Source of the DNA: a virus
Lineage: Duplodnaviria; Caudoviricetes
Reading direction: 5' to 3' (one strand)
Virus record (IMG/VR): IMGVR_UViG_3300025071_000050
Location: 1 to 24,457 of that record
Length of the DNA stretch: 24,457 nucleotides
Shown piece after piece: positions 1-10,400 of the stretch (within the stretch, counting starts at the first letter, position 1; each line of letters opens with the position of its first letter). The notes under the pieces were generated by a model, which was not told the origin of the DNA, did not search any database, and saw only the letters and a list, made by a program, of their open reading frames with translations. The position numbers were made by a program, and so were the translations under genes.

Positions 1-894
1 TCCTCTTACACCTCCGTCTGGAGAATTTCCAACTGCTACCTTTAAGTTTCCTTCAGAAAATGTTACGTCAGGGTCTGCGTCTAAAGGATTCATAGTAGCA
101 AAGTTATTTGTAGGGCTGTCAGGAACTACATCAGTTGAAGCTAAATTATTAACAGCGTAATGATTGTTGTTACCACTTGTATCCGCACCTATACCACTTG
201 AATTTTGACTAGTGCCTGTTTGTTTGAACTGTAATCTATAACCATTAGTACCAAAGGTAAGTCCAGAAGTATCTTTAGGAATCCATATGTCGTTTTTAAG
301 TTCGCCAAATGATGCTGGTGTTAGGGCTGTGCCATCTATAAAGTTTATTTCAGCTAAATACCCATCAAAGTAGAGGCTAGTAGTATTGTCTCTTCTACCA
401 ATAGCGTGTTGAACAGCGGTATTTATTCCACCATCAGAGTTTTGTGCTGGATAAGTGTTTACTTGAGCAGTAGCAAGAGCATCCTCAACACCATTAACAT
501 ATAATCTAAGTCTGTTAGCGGCTGTTCCTTGAGTTGTATCTAACACATACAAAACGTGATACCAAGCTGATAAGTCACGAGTTTTAATTGTGCTATATCT
601 TAATGCTCTTGTTCCACCATAAGTACCATCAAATCCCATATTAGATTCAGCACTGTCTATAATTAATGCGTTAACTACTCCCGCAATGCTAAAAAGAACT
701 TGGTCGTCATCATTTAAACTTTTTTTAACCCAAGCACTCCAAGACCAAGTTTTAAGATTACCAGCAGAGCTAGGAGTAAAACTTAAATATGCATTATCAT
801 CATCGTTAAACCGCAGTGAGTTACTTATCTCATGTCCATACAACCCACTAGATGCATTATACATCCATTGTGATGAACCAAAAGGACCACTCAT
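1..894 (-). CDS. LamG/concanavalin A-like lectin-domain virion protein (putative receptor-binding); truncated at the window edge and absent from the ORF track
   Basis: ATG at 894 overlaps the tail-fibre stop (TAATG). The frame is open to position 1: MSGPFGSSQWMYN...SLRFNDDDNAYL...TWSWSAWVK...WYHVLYVLDTT...RLYVNG...IGRR...FDGYLAEINFIDG, a typical LamG-like pattern. Confidence 0.85.
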   Translation of the reverse strand, partial: MSGPFGSSQWMYNASSGLYGHEISNSLRFNDDDNAYLSFTPSSAGNLKTWSWSAWVKKSLNDDDQVLFSIAGVVNALIIDSAESNMGFDGTYGGTRALRYSTIKTRDLSAWYHVLYVLDTTQGTAANRLRLYVNGVEDALATAQVNTYPAQNSDGGINTAVQHAIGRRDNTTSLYFDGYLAEINFIDGTALTPASFGELKNDIWIPKDTSGLTFGTNGYRLQFKQTGTSQNSSGIGADTSGNNNHYAVNNLASTDVVPDSPTNNFATMNPLDADPDVTFSEGNLKVAVGNSPDGGVRG

Positions 895-3080
895 TATGAG
901 AACGCCAGTTGAGGTGCGCCAAGCAGTATACGCCCTGACGCTGCTACAACATAAGGTATAATGTCTGTAGCACTTGCTGTACTTGTTAGCGTTATGCCAG
1001 CACCCCCTGCGGTTTCATAGTCTGTGCCTAGAGACAATGTACGTCCACCAGTTCCATCTTGTATGAGTGTGATAAACCCTGACTGTCCTACTTGCTCAGT
1101 GCTTGGGTTAACTAAGGTAGTATTACCTGTGAGTGTAAGTACAAAGTTTTGATTTGCGGCAAAGTCTAGTGTGACGTTACCTGTGTTGCTTGTGTCTGTG
1201 TCTGTTGTAGCAACGGCTGTTCCTGTGACTGTTATGCCAGTTGCGCTGGTGGCAATTTTAGCTGCGTTGTTGTGATATAAAGAAACAGCACCATCAGCAA
1301 CGCAGTTTACATAGGTTTCCGCAGCTGCATTTCTTAATATAATATTTGTTCCATCAATCAAGAAATTCCCAGAACCTGTTTCTTGGATTAAAAAGTTTGT
1401 TCCATCGTGATACACTTGTCCGTGCGCACTTGCGCCAAAAGAAAGTCTATCATCCGAACCTCCACTACTGTTGCCTAATGTAATATTAGCCCCGTTCATA
1501 ACCAAATTGCCTGTTACAGTGCCACCAGCTTTAGGCAGTGCAGCATTAGCAGTTGTTGTTGTGCTTGTAAGTACAGCATCTCTAGTAGCAATATCCACAC
1601 CATCAAAAGTAGAGTTGGTTGTAATTGCTCCAGTCATAGCACCGCCAGACTTAGGCAGAGCCGCGTTAGCTATAGTGGTAGTAGCATCTACATAAGCTTT
1701 AGTGCTTTGCTGACTAGGTGGTCGAGTTGCAGAGTTACTTGCCATGTTATCTTCGTCAATAAGACTTAATCCAGCGTTAGCATCTACATAAGCTTTAATA
1801 GATTGTTGTGTAGCTAGTTTAACAGCTGAGTTTGAACTCATATTATCTTCATCAGCTATGTCTGTAATAGTAACAGTGCCATCTGAGAGAGAGCCAAACT
1901 GTATTGTGCCTGATGCAGTGACAGATGTTATGTTTGGATTAGCACCTGACCCAGCTAGTGATGCCATGTCAGCTATTACCGCAGATGCAGATAATGTATT
2001 CATGTCGCTAATTATATCTGACGTAGCTAAAGCATTAAGGTCACTAATTATATCTGATGTAGCTAATGCGTTCATGTCTGATATAATGTCAGACGTAGCT
2101 AGTGCGTTCATGTCGCTAACTATATCGCTAGTAGCTAAAACATTTAAATCAGTAACAATATCTGACGTAGCTAATGTGTTTAAATCACTAATAACGTCAC
2201 TGTTAGCTAACAAAGCCATATCTGCAACTATATCTGTAGTAGCTAAAATTGCCATATCAGCAACAACAGCACTTGCAGATAATATACCCATGTCCTCAAT
2301 GACTGCCGATGTTCCTAACAAACCCATTGCCGTTACATTTGCAGATGTACCAAGTAATCCCATGTCCTCGATAACAGCAGATGTAGCTAATAGCCCCATG
2401 TCCTCAATAACAGCAGAGGTAGCAAGCAAACCCATATCTTCTACAACAGCAGATGTGCCTAATAAGTCCATATCAGCAAGAACCGCAGTAGCAGAGAGAG
2501 CGTTCATGTCTGAAACAGCGTCACTAGTGCCTAATAGAGCCACTGAGGCGGCATTGGCTGATACTGTCTGTACGTCAGAGGTAGAAGGGCCAGCCTCGAC
2601 TGCACCAGTAGAAGCATTAAAGGCAAGAACCTTACCTTTTCGTGTAGCTACTGCTGGAAGAGTCAATGAAACAGCCGTATCAAAGTCAGTTAGCTGTAAA
2701 GAACGATTAGATTTGTCATTAAGGTCAGCAGCAATCGCAGTAAATCTATCTAGCTCTGTATTTAATGAGGATATTTGGAATGAACCTTGGGCTGGAAAGT
2801 CTGTTACTCTTTCTAAAGCAATGTCTCTAGTAATAACAACCGTACTACCTCCACTAATTCCAGTGACTGTATTTCCTGATGTTGTAGTTATTGTTCCTGT
2901 ACTACCATCACCTCCACTAACAGTGTAATGCGTGGTTAATGTTTTAGTAGTACCATCAACGATAAAGTTAAGGTCAGCATCAGCAAAGAAGCCAAAAGAT
3001 ACTGCAAAACTTGTCTGTGTTGCATCGGCTGCTACTGTATACGATACTCTTGGTGAGTTATTTGCTATTACTATTGTCAT
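894..3080 (-). CDS. Tail fibre protein (T7 gp17-like N-terminal anchor, repetitive stalk, C-terminal adaptor)
   Basis: N-terminus resembles podovirus fibre anchors (SFAVSFGFFADADL...YTVSG...LNTELDR). It is Ala/Thr/Ser/Gly-rich with ATQQSIKAYVD and LPKxGGxxTG fibre repeats, has RBS GAGG, and follows the internal virion genes. Confidence 0.88.
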   Translation of the reverse strand: MTIVIANNSPRVSYTVAADATQTSFAVSFGFFADADLNFIVDGTTKTLTTHYTVSGGDGSTGTITTTSGNTVTGISGGSTVVITRDIALERVTDFPAQGSFQISSLNTELDRFTAIAADLNDKSNRSLQLTDFDTAVSLTLPAVATRKGKVLAFNASTGAVEAGPSTSDVQTVSANAASVALLGTSDAVSDMNALSATAVLADMDLLGTSAVVEDMGLLATSAVIEDMGLLATSAVIEDMGLLGTSANVTAMGLLGTSAVIEDMGILSASAVVADMAILATTDIVADMALLANSDVISDLNTLATSDIVTDLNVLATSDIVSDMNALATSDIISDMNALATSDIISDLNALATSDIISDMNTLSASAVIADMASLAGSGANPNITSVTASGTIQFGSLSDGTVTITDIADEDNMSSNSAVKLATQQSIKAYVDANAGLSLIDEDNMASNSATRPPSQQSTKAYVDATTTIANAALPKSGGAMTGAITTNSTFDGVDIATRDAVLTSTTTTANAALPKAGGTVTGNLVMNGANITLGNSSGGSDDRLSFGASAHGQVYHDGTNFLIQETGSGNFLIDGTNIILRNAAAETYVNCVADGAVSLYHNNAAKIATSATGITVTGTAVATTDTDTSNTGNVTLDFAANQNFVLTLTGNTTLVNPSTEQVGQSGFITLIQDGTGGRTLSLGTDYETAGGAGITLTSTASATDIIPYVVAASGRILLGAPQLAFS
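1959..2534 (-). repeat. 16 tandem 36-bp (12-aa) degenerate coding repeats in the tail fibre
   Basis: Units such as LATSAVIEDMGL and LATSDIISDMNA; the DNA period is 36 bp (e.g. cccat at 2395 and 2431). Confidence 0.92.
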
Positions 3081-3100
3081 TTTACTACCTCATTTTGCTC

Positions 3101-3136
3101 CTGTTACCAACTTATTAAATATTTTTCAACGCACAA
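3101..3136 (-). promoter_or_regulatory. Putative late promoter for the tail fibre module
   Basis: TTGTGCG-TTGAAA-17 nt-TAACAG, directly after the upstream stop codon; motif shared with three other sites. Confidence 0.65.
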
Positions 3137-6100
3137 TTAATCCATTCTTCCAAAGGTTCTTCCTAGTTCTCTCATTTCTTTCTTAATAAACCATAGTTTA
3201 AGGAAAGGAAGTATTTGTAAAAACTCTTGTGTACCCTCTCCAAATTTTCCTTGAAAAATATCAGCACTAGCTCTACCGTAAGATAAAGAAATATCTGGGC
3301 CAGCTCCTAAAAGACCAGCTATTCCATCTGCTAAATTTTGTTCTGCACCATATTTTGCTGACACCATGCCATTAGTAAAATTCTTTCCTGTCATTTCTAT
3401 GCCTGTGTGTAAGCCAGTATAAAGTAAATCACTATATATTCCGCCAAGACCACCGTAATCAAAAGCCCTTAACATTTTAGTGTCCCAACTATCTTTTTCT
3501 TTAACAAAATCTGGAACCCTTAATTCATATTGTAAGTAACCAAGACCCATAAACGCGGCTATAGTTATAGCTTTATTTTTGTTTTGTCCTTGTACCATTG
3601 AGCCTTGTATTTTGTTAGCAGCTGCCATGAGATAAGAATAAAACTGTAACGGCATGTTAAGCAAACCACTCTCAACCCTAGCGTACCCTCTATATCTTGG
3701 ATGTTCTTTTAACCCCATAGTGCTGGCAATATGCATAGGAAGAAACATTACTCCATCAGCTAGAATTGGTTTATCTGCTGGTGTACCCATTAGAATAGTA
3801 TTTAAAATACCATCAGTCATTGCAGCTCTAAATTTTTCTGTTGTACTTTTCTCTACTAGACCTTCTTGTTGATTTCGAATTTCAGTTAAGGCCATATCAT
3901 TTATAACATTTTCATAATCTACGTCTGTTACAATTGTTGGTTCAGTAGCTTTCTCAGGTTTAACTGGTGACTTGTATTTGTAAAGTTTTACTTTCTTTAA
4001 ATCTTTTAAATCTTTAACTGCTTCAGAAGCAGAATTATAAAATACCCAAAATCCGTCAATGTCTTCTAATTCTTTTCCACGCTTACCTTTAAGATAAGCA
4101 TATTCTAAGTCATTGAAAAATATTTCTTCAGCTGGTTCAATGTCCATTTCTTCAGACCTTGCCCCCAATCCTTGCGCTTTTTTAAATTCTGGAATTTCAT
4201 TTACATGAATAATAGCTATAGGTTTTTTACCTTTAAGCGCAAAGTTTGCCTCACCGTATAAGTTAGAAGCAAAATTACTTCTGAATACTGGCTCTCTACC
4301 TCGGCCCCTAAAACCAACGCTTAAATCGTCTTCGCTAAGTTGGTCAACATTAAATTTTTTCTTAATAGCCCTCATATCAAAAATAGCAATATAATCACCA
4401 TATCCAGAATCATAATGGGGCATCCCAAGCATTACGCCACCACCACTAAAACCTTCTTCCAGTATCTCACTAGGATTACCTGTTAAATGATAACCTAAAT
4501 CCATATTTCTACTTATATTGTCATCAAAAATTCCTTTGTTAAGATACTCTACTAAGTCTTTTCTTGAAAAACCTTTTGGTATACCTCTTCGAAAAACTTT
4601 TTGAGTTCCTTTAAGACCTAAACTTTGCGCACTATTATTGGAGTGCATAATTTCATGAATCTTAACAAACTCAACCCATTCTTGTGGAGTTTTAAATGCA
4701 TCTGCTGGGAGTGGTTTAACGCCTTTTACTTTTGGATTTGTCCAAGGCTTGCTATCAAATTGAGCCGCAACATATTCTTCATCAATATAAATTGTACCAT
4801 TTGGTCCCTCTGATTGCCTAAAGAAAGCTGATTTATTTTTTCCTTTACCTTTAATAGGGCCAACTACTATGTCTGCTTTTGTAATTGGCATATCAATATT
4901 TGATTTCCAATTAGAAATATTAGCTAGATACAAACCTGATGCACCCTTTTGCCAAGGAGACTTAGCAATTTTTCCAGCTGTTTTAAAATCAATTCCATTT
5001 CTTAATAGCCAGTGTTGTTCAAATGTATTCGCTTCTCCCTTAGTCCATTTAATAGAATAATCAATAATACTGTGCTGTCTGTTTAAACTTTCCCAATGTT
5101 TTAAAAAGGCTGTAAGAGGAGCAAGACCGTTTAATTTATAAAAAGCATCAGTACCTTTTTCCCAGACTTTTGCTGTTTTAGATTGACCACGCATCTCGTC
5201 TGATAAACGAATTTGCGCTCCACCAATTTCCATCTCTAAAGCTTCTGCGTATTGTTCTTTTGTTTCCCTTAATGCTTGCTGAATCTCTGGCGCTCTTTTT
5301 AATAAAGCAAATAAGTTTTTAAATACTGTACCAACTTCATGGTTCATAAACATTACTGCTGGCTCAGTAATTGTAGCAAGACCAGCAGAGCCTAAGAAAT
5401 TTAAACCAGCCGCAGATTTCATAACATAAGCAATTTTATTATCAATCCTAGAAGGGTCATCAACAACACGCCCTACTATTCTGTCGTACATAACTAAAAA
5501 TTCTTTTCTAGCTTTATTAATTTTAGCTGTAGACATGTTATTTGAAATACCATCTTCATCAATTTCATCTAAAAGGTCATCTATACTACGCCCACCATAC
5601 ATTTTCTCCCATTCAATTCTAGGACCGAGACGCTTTACATATTCATCCATAACTTTAATAGGGTCTGCTTCAATAAACTCTAAAATTTCTTTGTTAGAAA
5701 TATCTAACTTTCTACCTAACTGATGCTTAGAAGCACCAATACCCATAAAAATAGAATCAGGATTTAAAGGGTCGTACTCCCCTTCTTCTAAGATTTTTTT
5801 AACTGTTTCTTCAGCACGAAGAGTTATAGATTCTATAGTATCTGATTTGTTTGTTGAAGTTCTTGAGTAATGATTAATAATTGTTTTTGTAAATCCTACT
5901 CTATTAGCTTTTATTTTAGTCATATCAAAATATCTAGGGAAATAAACAGTTTCATTTGCTGGCATTACAGGGTTTTCACTAGCTTCTTTTAATAATGCTT
6001 CTTGTTCTTTTATTTCTTTTTCTAATCTAGCTTGCCTTCTTTTAAGAGAAGCTGTTGTTTTTTTATTAGTTGGAAGTTTTAATTTTGCATTTGCATCTTC

Positions 6101-7483
6101 AAGGCTTGCTGTTAATCTAGCTATATTTTTTTTAAAACTGTCAACAGAACCAATAAGTCCAAGCTTTCTAAGCTCTACTTCCTCATTCTTAAAAAACTTA
6201 GTAATTAATTCTGCCGCTTCTTTTTGTTTTACACTCATTCTATAACTAGGGTCATCTTTTATCCTAGCTTTATTTACTTCAATCATCCAATCTTCCATAG
6301 TCATTCTGTTTTTTTGAAGCGGATTTAAATTAGCTAGTTTGTTTCCTGTATTTGTAAGGTTCATTCCAGCACCTTCTGTCATTCCCCCTATTTCTTCGCC
6401 CCATAGTTTTTGAAGTTGCGCTCTTAAAACAATAACTTTTGATGTGTGCAATTTTGCTAGGGTGTAAATAGATGGCCCTTGAGTTAACCCCATTAAATTA
6501 CCAACTGTCATTAAAGCATGGTCACCACCTAATTGATGCATATAAGCTTTTGTCTTAGTTAGATTGCTATTTAAAAAACTTTTAAAAGGTACTGGTACAA
6601 ATCTTAAAAAGAAATTATCTTTTTTGTAAATATCATTAGGGTCTTTAGTTTTCCAATATTCTATTGTTCGAACAGATAATTCTCTATTTAAATTATAAAT
6701 TTCCTGTGTATTTTTTGTATTTTTTATAAGCTTTTTTAATTGGTCATTTGTATATTTACCGTATGCTCTATCTTTAACTGATGGCATATTATTAATTTCT
6801 TCAGGAGTAAGGTCATCTAATCCTTTTGTTAAAGCATTGTAATCATCCATTAATTTATTTAAATTTCTAGCTTTAATAGCTGAAGGTGTTCTAATTAAAC
6901 CTTGCAAAAAACCACCGAAAACAAAAGCAGCTCCCATATTGATTGGAGTTTCATAAGGTATAGAGGTAGGGTCAAATGGCGCTCTAGCTGCTTCAAACCC
7001 ACCTTCAATTATTGCATTAGATAACCCAACTTTTGCTATAGAAGCCAAGAAACGAGCTTCTCCAACTCCAAAAGGAAGAGCAAGAAGATTAATAGGATTT
7101 AAAAGTTCAGCAGGTATTAAATATTTATACGGAGCAGAAGCTAATGTTTCTCTTACTTCTATTCTTTCATCTAAATCTTGTAATCTTTTAGTAAGTTCTG
7201 GTTGGCTAGTAACATCGCCAAAAGTATGTATATAAGGAGCATGTCTTGGTTTAAAAGATTCATTTCCTATAATATTAAACTCAGGGTCATCTACACCATT
7301 ATAACCTTTAAATGTTTTAGCATTTTGAATATGAGTTATTATAGGGCTTGTAACTCTTTGATAAGTAGCTTTCCAAACTTCTCCAAAAGAAACATTTTTC
7401 TCTATTGGACCAACACCAAAATGTTTATTAGGGTTCCAGATTTCTTCATTATCAAACCCATTAATCATTTTATTAATCTCCAA
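3137..7483 (-). CDS. Large internal virion/ejection protein (positional T7 gp16 analogue) with inserted enzymatic-like domains
   Basis: 1448 aa, last of three genes between tail tubular B and the fibre. It has hydrophobic Gly/Ala-rich segments, a coiled coil, a YFPRYFD motif and an HEIMH motif. Confidence 0.75.
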   Translation of the reverse strand: MEINKMINGFDNEEIWNPNKHFGVGPIEKNVSFGEVWKATYQRVTSPIITHIQNAKTFKGYNGVDDPEFNIIGNESFKPRHAPYIHTFGDVTSQPELTKRLQDLDERIEVRETLASAPYKYLIPAELLNPINLLALPFGVGEARFLASIAKVGLSNAIIEGGFEAARAPFDPTSIPYETPINMGAAFVFGGFLQGLIRTPSAIKARNLNKLMDDYNALTKGLDDLTPEEINNMPSVKDRAYGKYTNDQLKKLIKNTKNTQEIYNLNRELSVRTIEYWKTKDPNDIYKKDNFFLRFVPVPFKSFLNSNLTKTKAYMHQLGGDHALMTVGNLMGLTQGPSIYTLAKLHTSKVIVLRAQLQKLWGEEIGGMTEGAGMNLTNTGNKLANLNPLQKNRMTMEDWMIEVNKARIKDDPSYRMSVKQKEAAELITKFFKNEEVELRKLGLIGSVDSFKKNIARLTASLEDANAKLKLPTNKKTTASLKRRQARLEKEIKEQEALLKEASENPVMPANETVYFPRYFDMTKIKANRVGFTKTIINHYSRTSTNKSDTIESITLRAEETVKKILEEGEYDPLNPDSIFMGIGASKHQLGRKLDISNKEILEFIEADPIKVMDEYVKRLGPRIEWEKMYGGRSIDDLLDEIDEDGISNNMSTAKINKARKEFLVMYDRIVGRVVDDPSRIDNKIAYVMKSAAGLNFLGSAGLATITEPAVMFMNHEVGTVFKNLFALLKRAPEIQQALRETKEQYAEALEMEIGGAQIRLSDEMRGQSKTAKVWEKGTDAFYKLNGLAPLTAFLKHWESLNRQHSIIDYSIKWTKGEANTFEQHWLLRNGIDFKTAGKIAKSPWQKGASGLYLANISNWKSNIDMPITKADIVVGPIKGKGKNKSAFFRQSEGPNGTIYIDEEYVAAQFDSKPWTNPKVKGVKPLPADAFKTPQEWVEFVKIHEIMHSNNSAQSLGLKGTQKVFRRGIPKGFSRKDLVEYLNKGIFDDNISRNMDLGYHLTGNPSEILEEGFSGGGVMLGMPHYDSGYGDYIAIFDMRAIKKKFNVDQLSEDDLSVGFRGRGREPVFRSNFASNLYGEANFALKGKKPIAIIHVNEIPEFKKAQGLGARSEEMDIEPAEEIFFNDLEYAYLKGKRGKELEDIDGFWVFYNSASEAVKDLKDLKKVKLYKYKSPVKPEKATEPTIVTDVDYENVINDMALTEIRNQQEGLVEKSTTEKFRAAMTDGILNTILMGTPADKPILADGVMFLPMHIASTMGLKEHPRYRGYARVESGLLNMPLQFYSYLMAAANKIQGSMVQGQNKNKAITIAAFMGLGYLQYELRVPDFVKEKDSWDTKMLRAFDYGGLGGIYSDLLYTGLHTGIEMTGKNFTNGMVSAKYGAEQNLADGIAGLLGAGPDISLSYGRASADIFQGKFGEGTQEFLQILPFLKLWFIKKEMRELGRTFGRMD

Positions 7484-10400
7484 CTATATCAAAAATTTTA
7501 TCAAATAAATCAGGTTGGTCTTTTATTTCAAACAATATTCTAGTAAGTTCATCTGTTTCTACTCTGTTATTATTTGCATTTAAAACCATTGTTTTTCTAT
7601 TGCTGCTTTCATCTGCTTTTACCAGTGTGTAAGTTCTTTTATTTTTACCTTTTCCAACATCAAAACGAGTAGCCTTATTAAAATCAATACTATTTAAAAC
7701 AGTAGTATCTAATTGAATTGCAGATTCACTCAACAAAGGTTTAGTAAGTTTAAGTTTACGAGCATAGTCTAATCGAGCTTGTGCTATTCTTTCGTTTTCT
7801 ATTTTTATTTGCTCATTAATATCATCACTATCAGGAAGACCTGATGTTTCAAAAGCGTCTCTTAACTCTTTCTCAGAAAATCCAGGCATGTCTAACTTAT
7901 CAGCATCGTTAATTACTACAGGAACATATTGACCTTCTATTATTTCATGAGGCCACCATGTTATAGCATTAGCAATTTCATCATTTGGAACTAAAACAAC
8001 TCTTTTATAAGCAGTGTTAATACCTAATTTTGCTTCTGCTTCTTTTATTGAAATAGGGTTTATTCTTTCATGAAGTTCTTCATCAAGTTTTTTAAGAGTT
8101 CTAACAGCAGTTTTGCTAATTGGTTCGCTAGGCCATTCAATGCCACTTGCTATAGCTCTTTCTTTTGCAGCCTTAGGAGTTAATATTGCACCATCCCATA
8201 CAGTAGGTATTAAAACTTCATTTCCATCAATCTGTACTATTGTAGTAAATACAGTTTGCAGTTCACCACTTTCATTTGTAGAAGTTTTTTGCTCTGCAAT
8301 ATTTCTTAAATGATGCAATACTATTGGACTACTTTCTGTAGTAGATGAACCAGCATTAAACCCTCTACCCATCATATATTCTGATGTACTATTTTCAGGA
8401 CGAATTACAATTTTATCAGATAAAGTATAACCTAATCTATTTAAATCTGTTTCAACATTTGTTTTTACAAATTTATTTATTTCTGGGTCAACAAAACGAA
8501 GGTCAAAACTGAAAGCTGTTCTTGCACCTGTTACGTCAAGAATTGTATTATCTATAACAAATTTTTCTTCGTAAGCTTGTTTTAATCTTTCTTTAACTCC
8601 TTCTTCAGTATAACCAGCGGCAACCATATATTCAAAATAATCATTAAACTTCTTATAAAGAACTGGATTTAAAATGTTTTCTTCTGCTTCAATGCTTTCA
8701 AGAATAAAATCAGAAGCTTTAATAGGTTCTTCTTCTTCTTTAAAAAGAAATGATTTTATTTTTAAAGCTTTATCTTCAGCACTCATATTGCCTAATAATT
8801 GAGCTGCTTCAAAAATATTTTTACTACCTGTTAAACTTTCTATATTACTAATAGTTTCTATAAAATCAATTTGTTTATCAGTAAGAACACTATTACCTCT
8901 TATAAGATTAATTCTTTTTTCAGTGTCTGAGTCTACAAAATTATTATATTGACCATAAAATTCAAGTAACATTTTAAAATCTGGCTCAAATGCTGAACCA
9001 TTTACAAATCTATTTGCTAATGCTGAAAAATCATCTGAACCTGACTTAATTAATATGGACCAATATTGATTGTTTCGAAAATCAAATTTAGAGTCAAACC
9101 CTGATTTATCTTTTTGATTTACTCTTCCAACCAGAAATCTATTTATTTCATGTTGTTTTTCTAATTTAGCTATTTCAGCTCTTTCAACAGTTTCAAAATC
9201 AATAGTAGCTGTATTAATATATCCAGCTACTTTCTCATGACTATTGCCATACCCTGCCCTTAAGACAGAATCTGCAAAATCTTGTAGATAATTAACTGAA
9301 ACTTCTTGTGGCCCATCAGCAGTGCCAGTACCTTGAGAAAATGCAAATTGATTTAACTCACTTGCGTTACTACCATTACTTCTTATATACATTTCTAAAG
9401 CTCTTAAATGAACTGTTTTAATTTCAGGACTCTCTGTAAGATTATTTATCATGTTATTTTGAAGAGCTGTATGAATATCAATTATATAATTTTCTCGTGC
9501 TGTTACAGTTAAATCTAACTCAATACTTTTTTTATTAATATGTGTTCTAATTTTTAATAAATCTTTTGCACTGTAGTCAGGTTTAGCACCTATAATTTCT
9601 ATTTCTTTAATTATATCATCAGATAATTGAAATTTTTCTATGTTTAGTTTTATTTTTTCGTTAGCAACTTTTCGACGGTCTACCTCGTTCTCAAATTGTT
9701 TATCGTCTACACGATTAACATATTCTGTAGCATTTCCAATTTGATTTCGATTGTATATATTTTTATTATTATGCAACCAAGTAGTAATAGTTTTAGTTAA
9801 TTTACTTGGTAGTTTTCCATTTTTATCTTTTACAAAATTATTAGGCATAGCTAAAGCTGCTCTAATAGTATCTAAGCTATCACCACTATATGCTATCATG
9901 TAATCTATAAGATTAAATCTTATATCACTGTAATCTTTCTGTAATGCTTCTTGAGCGTTTATTCCTAAGTCCTCAAATCTACCAGCTTGAACACTTGCAG
10001 CTATTTGTTTTTCTTGCTTTGCTATTAATGAAGATGCTTGTTCTAAAAAAGCAGTCATTTCTTGTGCGTTATTAGGTCTCCATGCTCCATCTTCTACATC
10101 TCCATCTGTAGCAATTGTTCTACCAAAGAGAGCATCATTAAAAGTTTTATATATTTCTGTGCTACCGTCATTAACTCTTGTAGTATATTCTTGAAATTCT
10201 TGTGCTTGCCATTCAACTGCTCTTCTATCTAAAACAGGTGCAAAGGTTTGAGCAAAACTCACAAGCTCACTTCTAAATTCTGGTGGAATATCACTAAACT
10301 TCCATCTAGAATTAGGGTAGCCTTGACGAGACTCTAAAGTTTCATAAGTATCATCTCCTGTTTTTATTCCATGAAGCCATTCTATAACATCACTTTTGCT

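Noticed and set aside
1959-2534. 36-bp periodicity as a CRISPR array or DGR repeat
   Set aside because: In-frame degenerate coding repeats with no spacers; no cas or reverse transcriptase gene in the window.
1858-2928. 356-aa plus-strand ORF
   Set aside because: Antisense shadow of the repetitive tail-fibre gene; mirrors its periodicity and has no independent coding signal.
10062-10071. TTGTGCGTTA partial match to the late motif
   Set aside because: Wrong strand, mid-CDS, and lacks the TTG -35.
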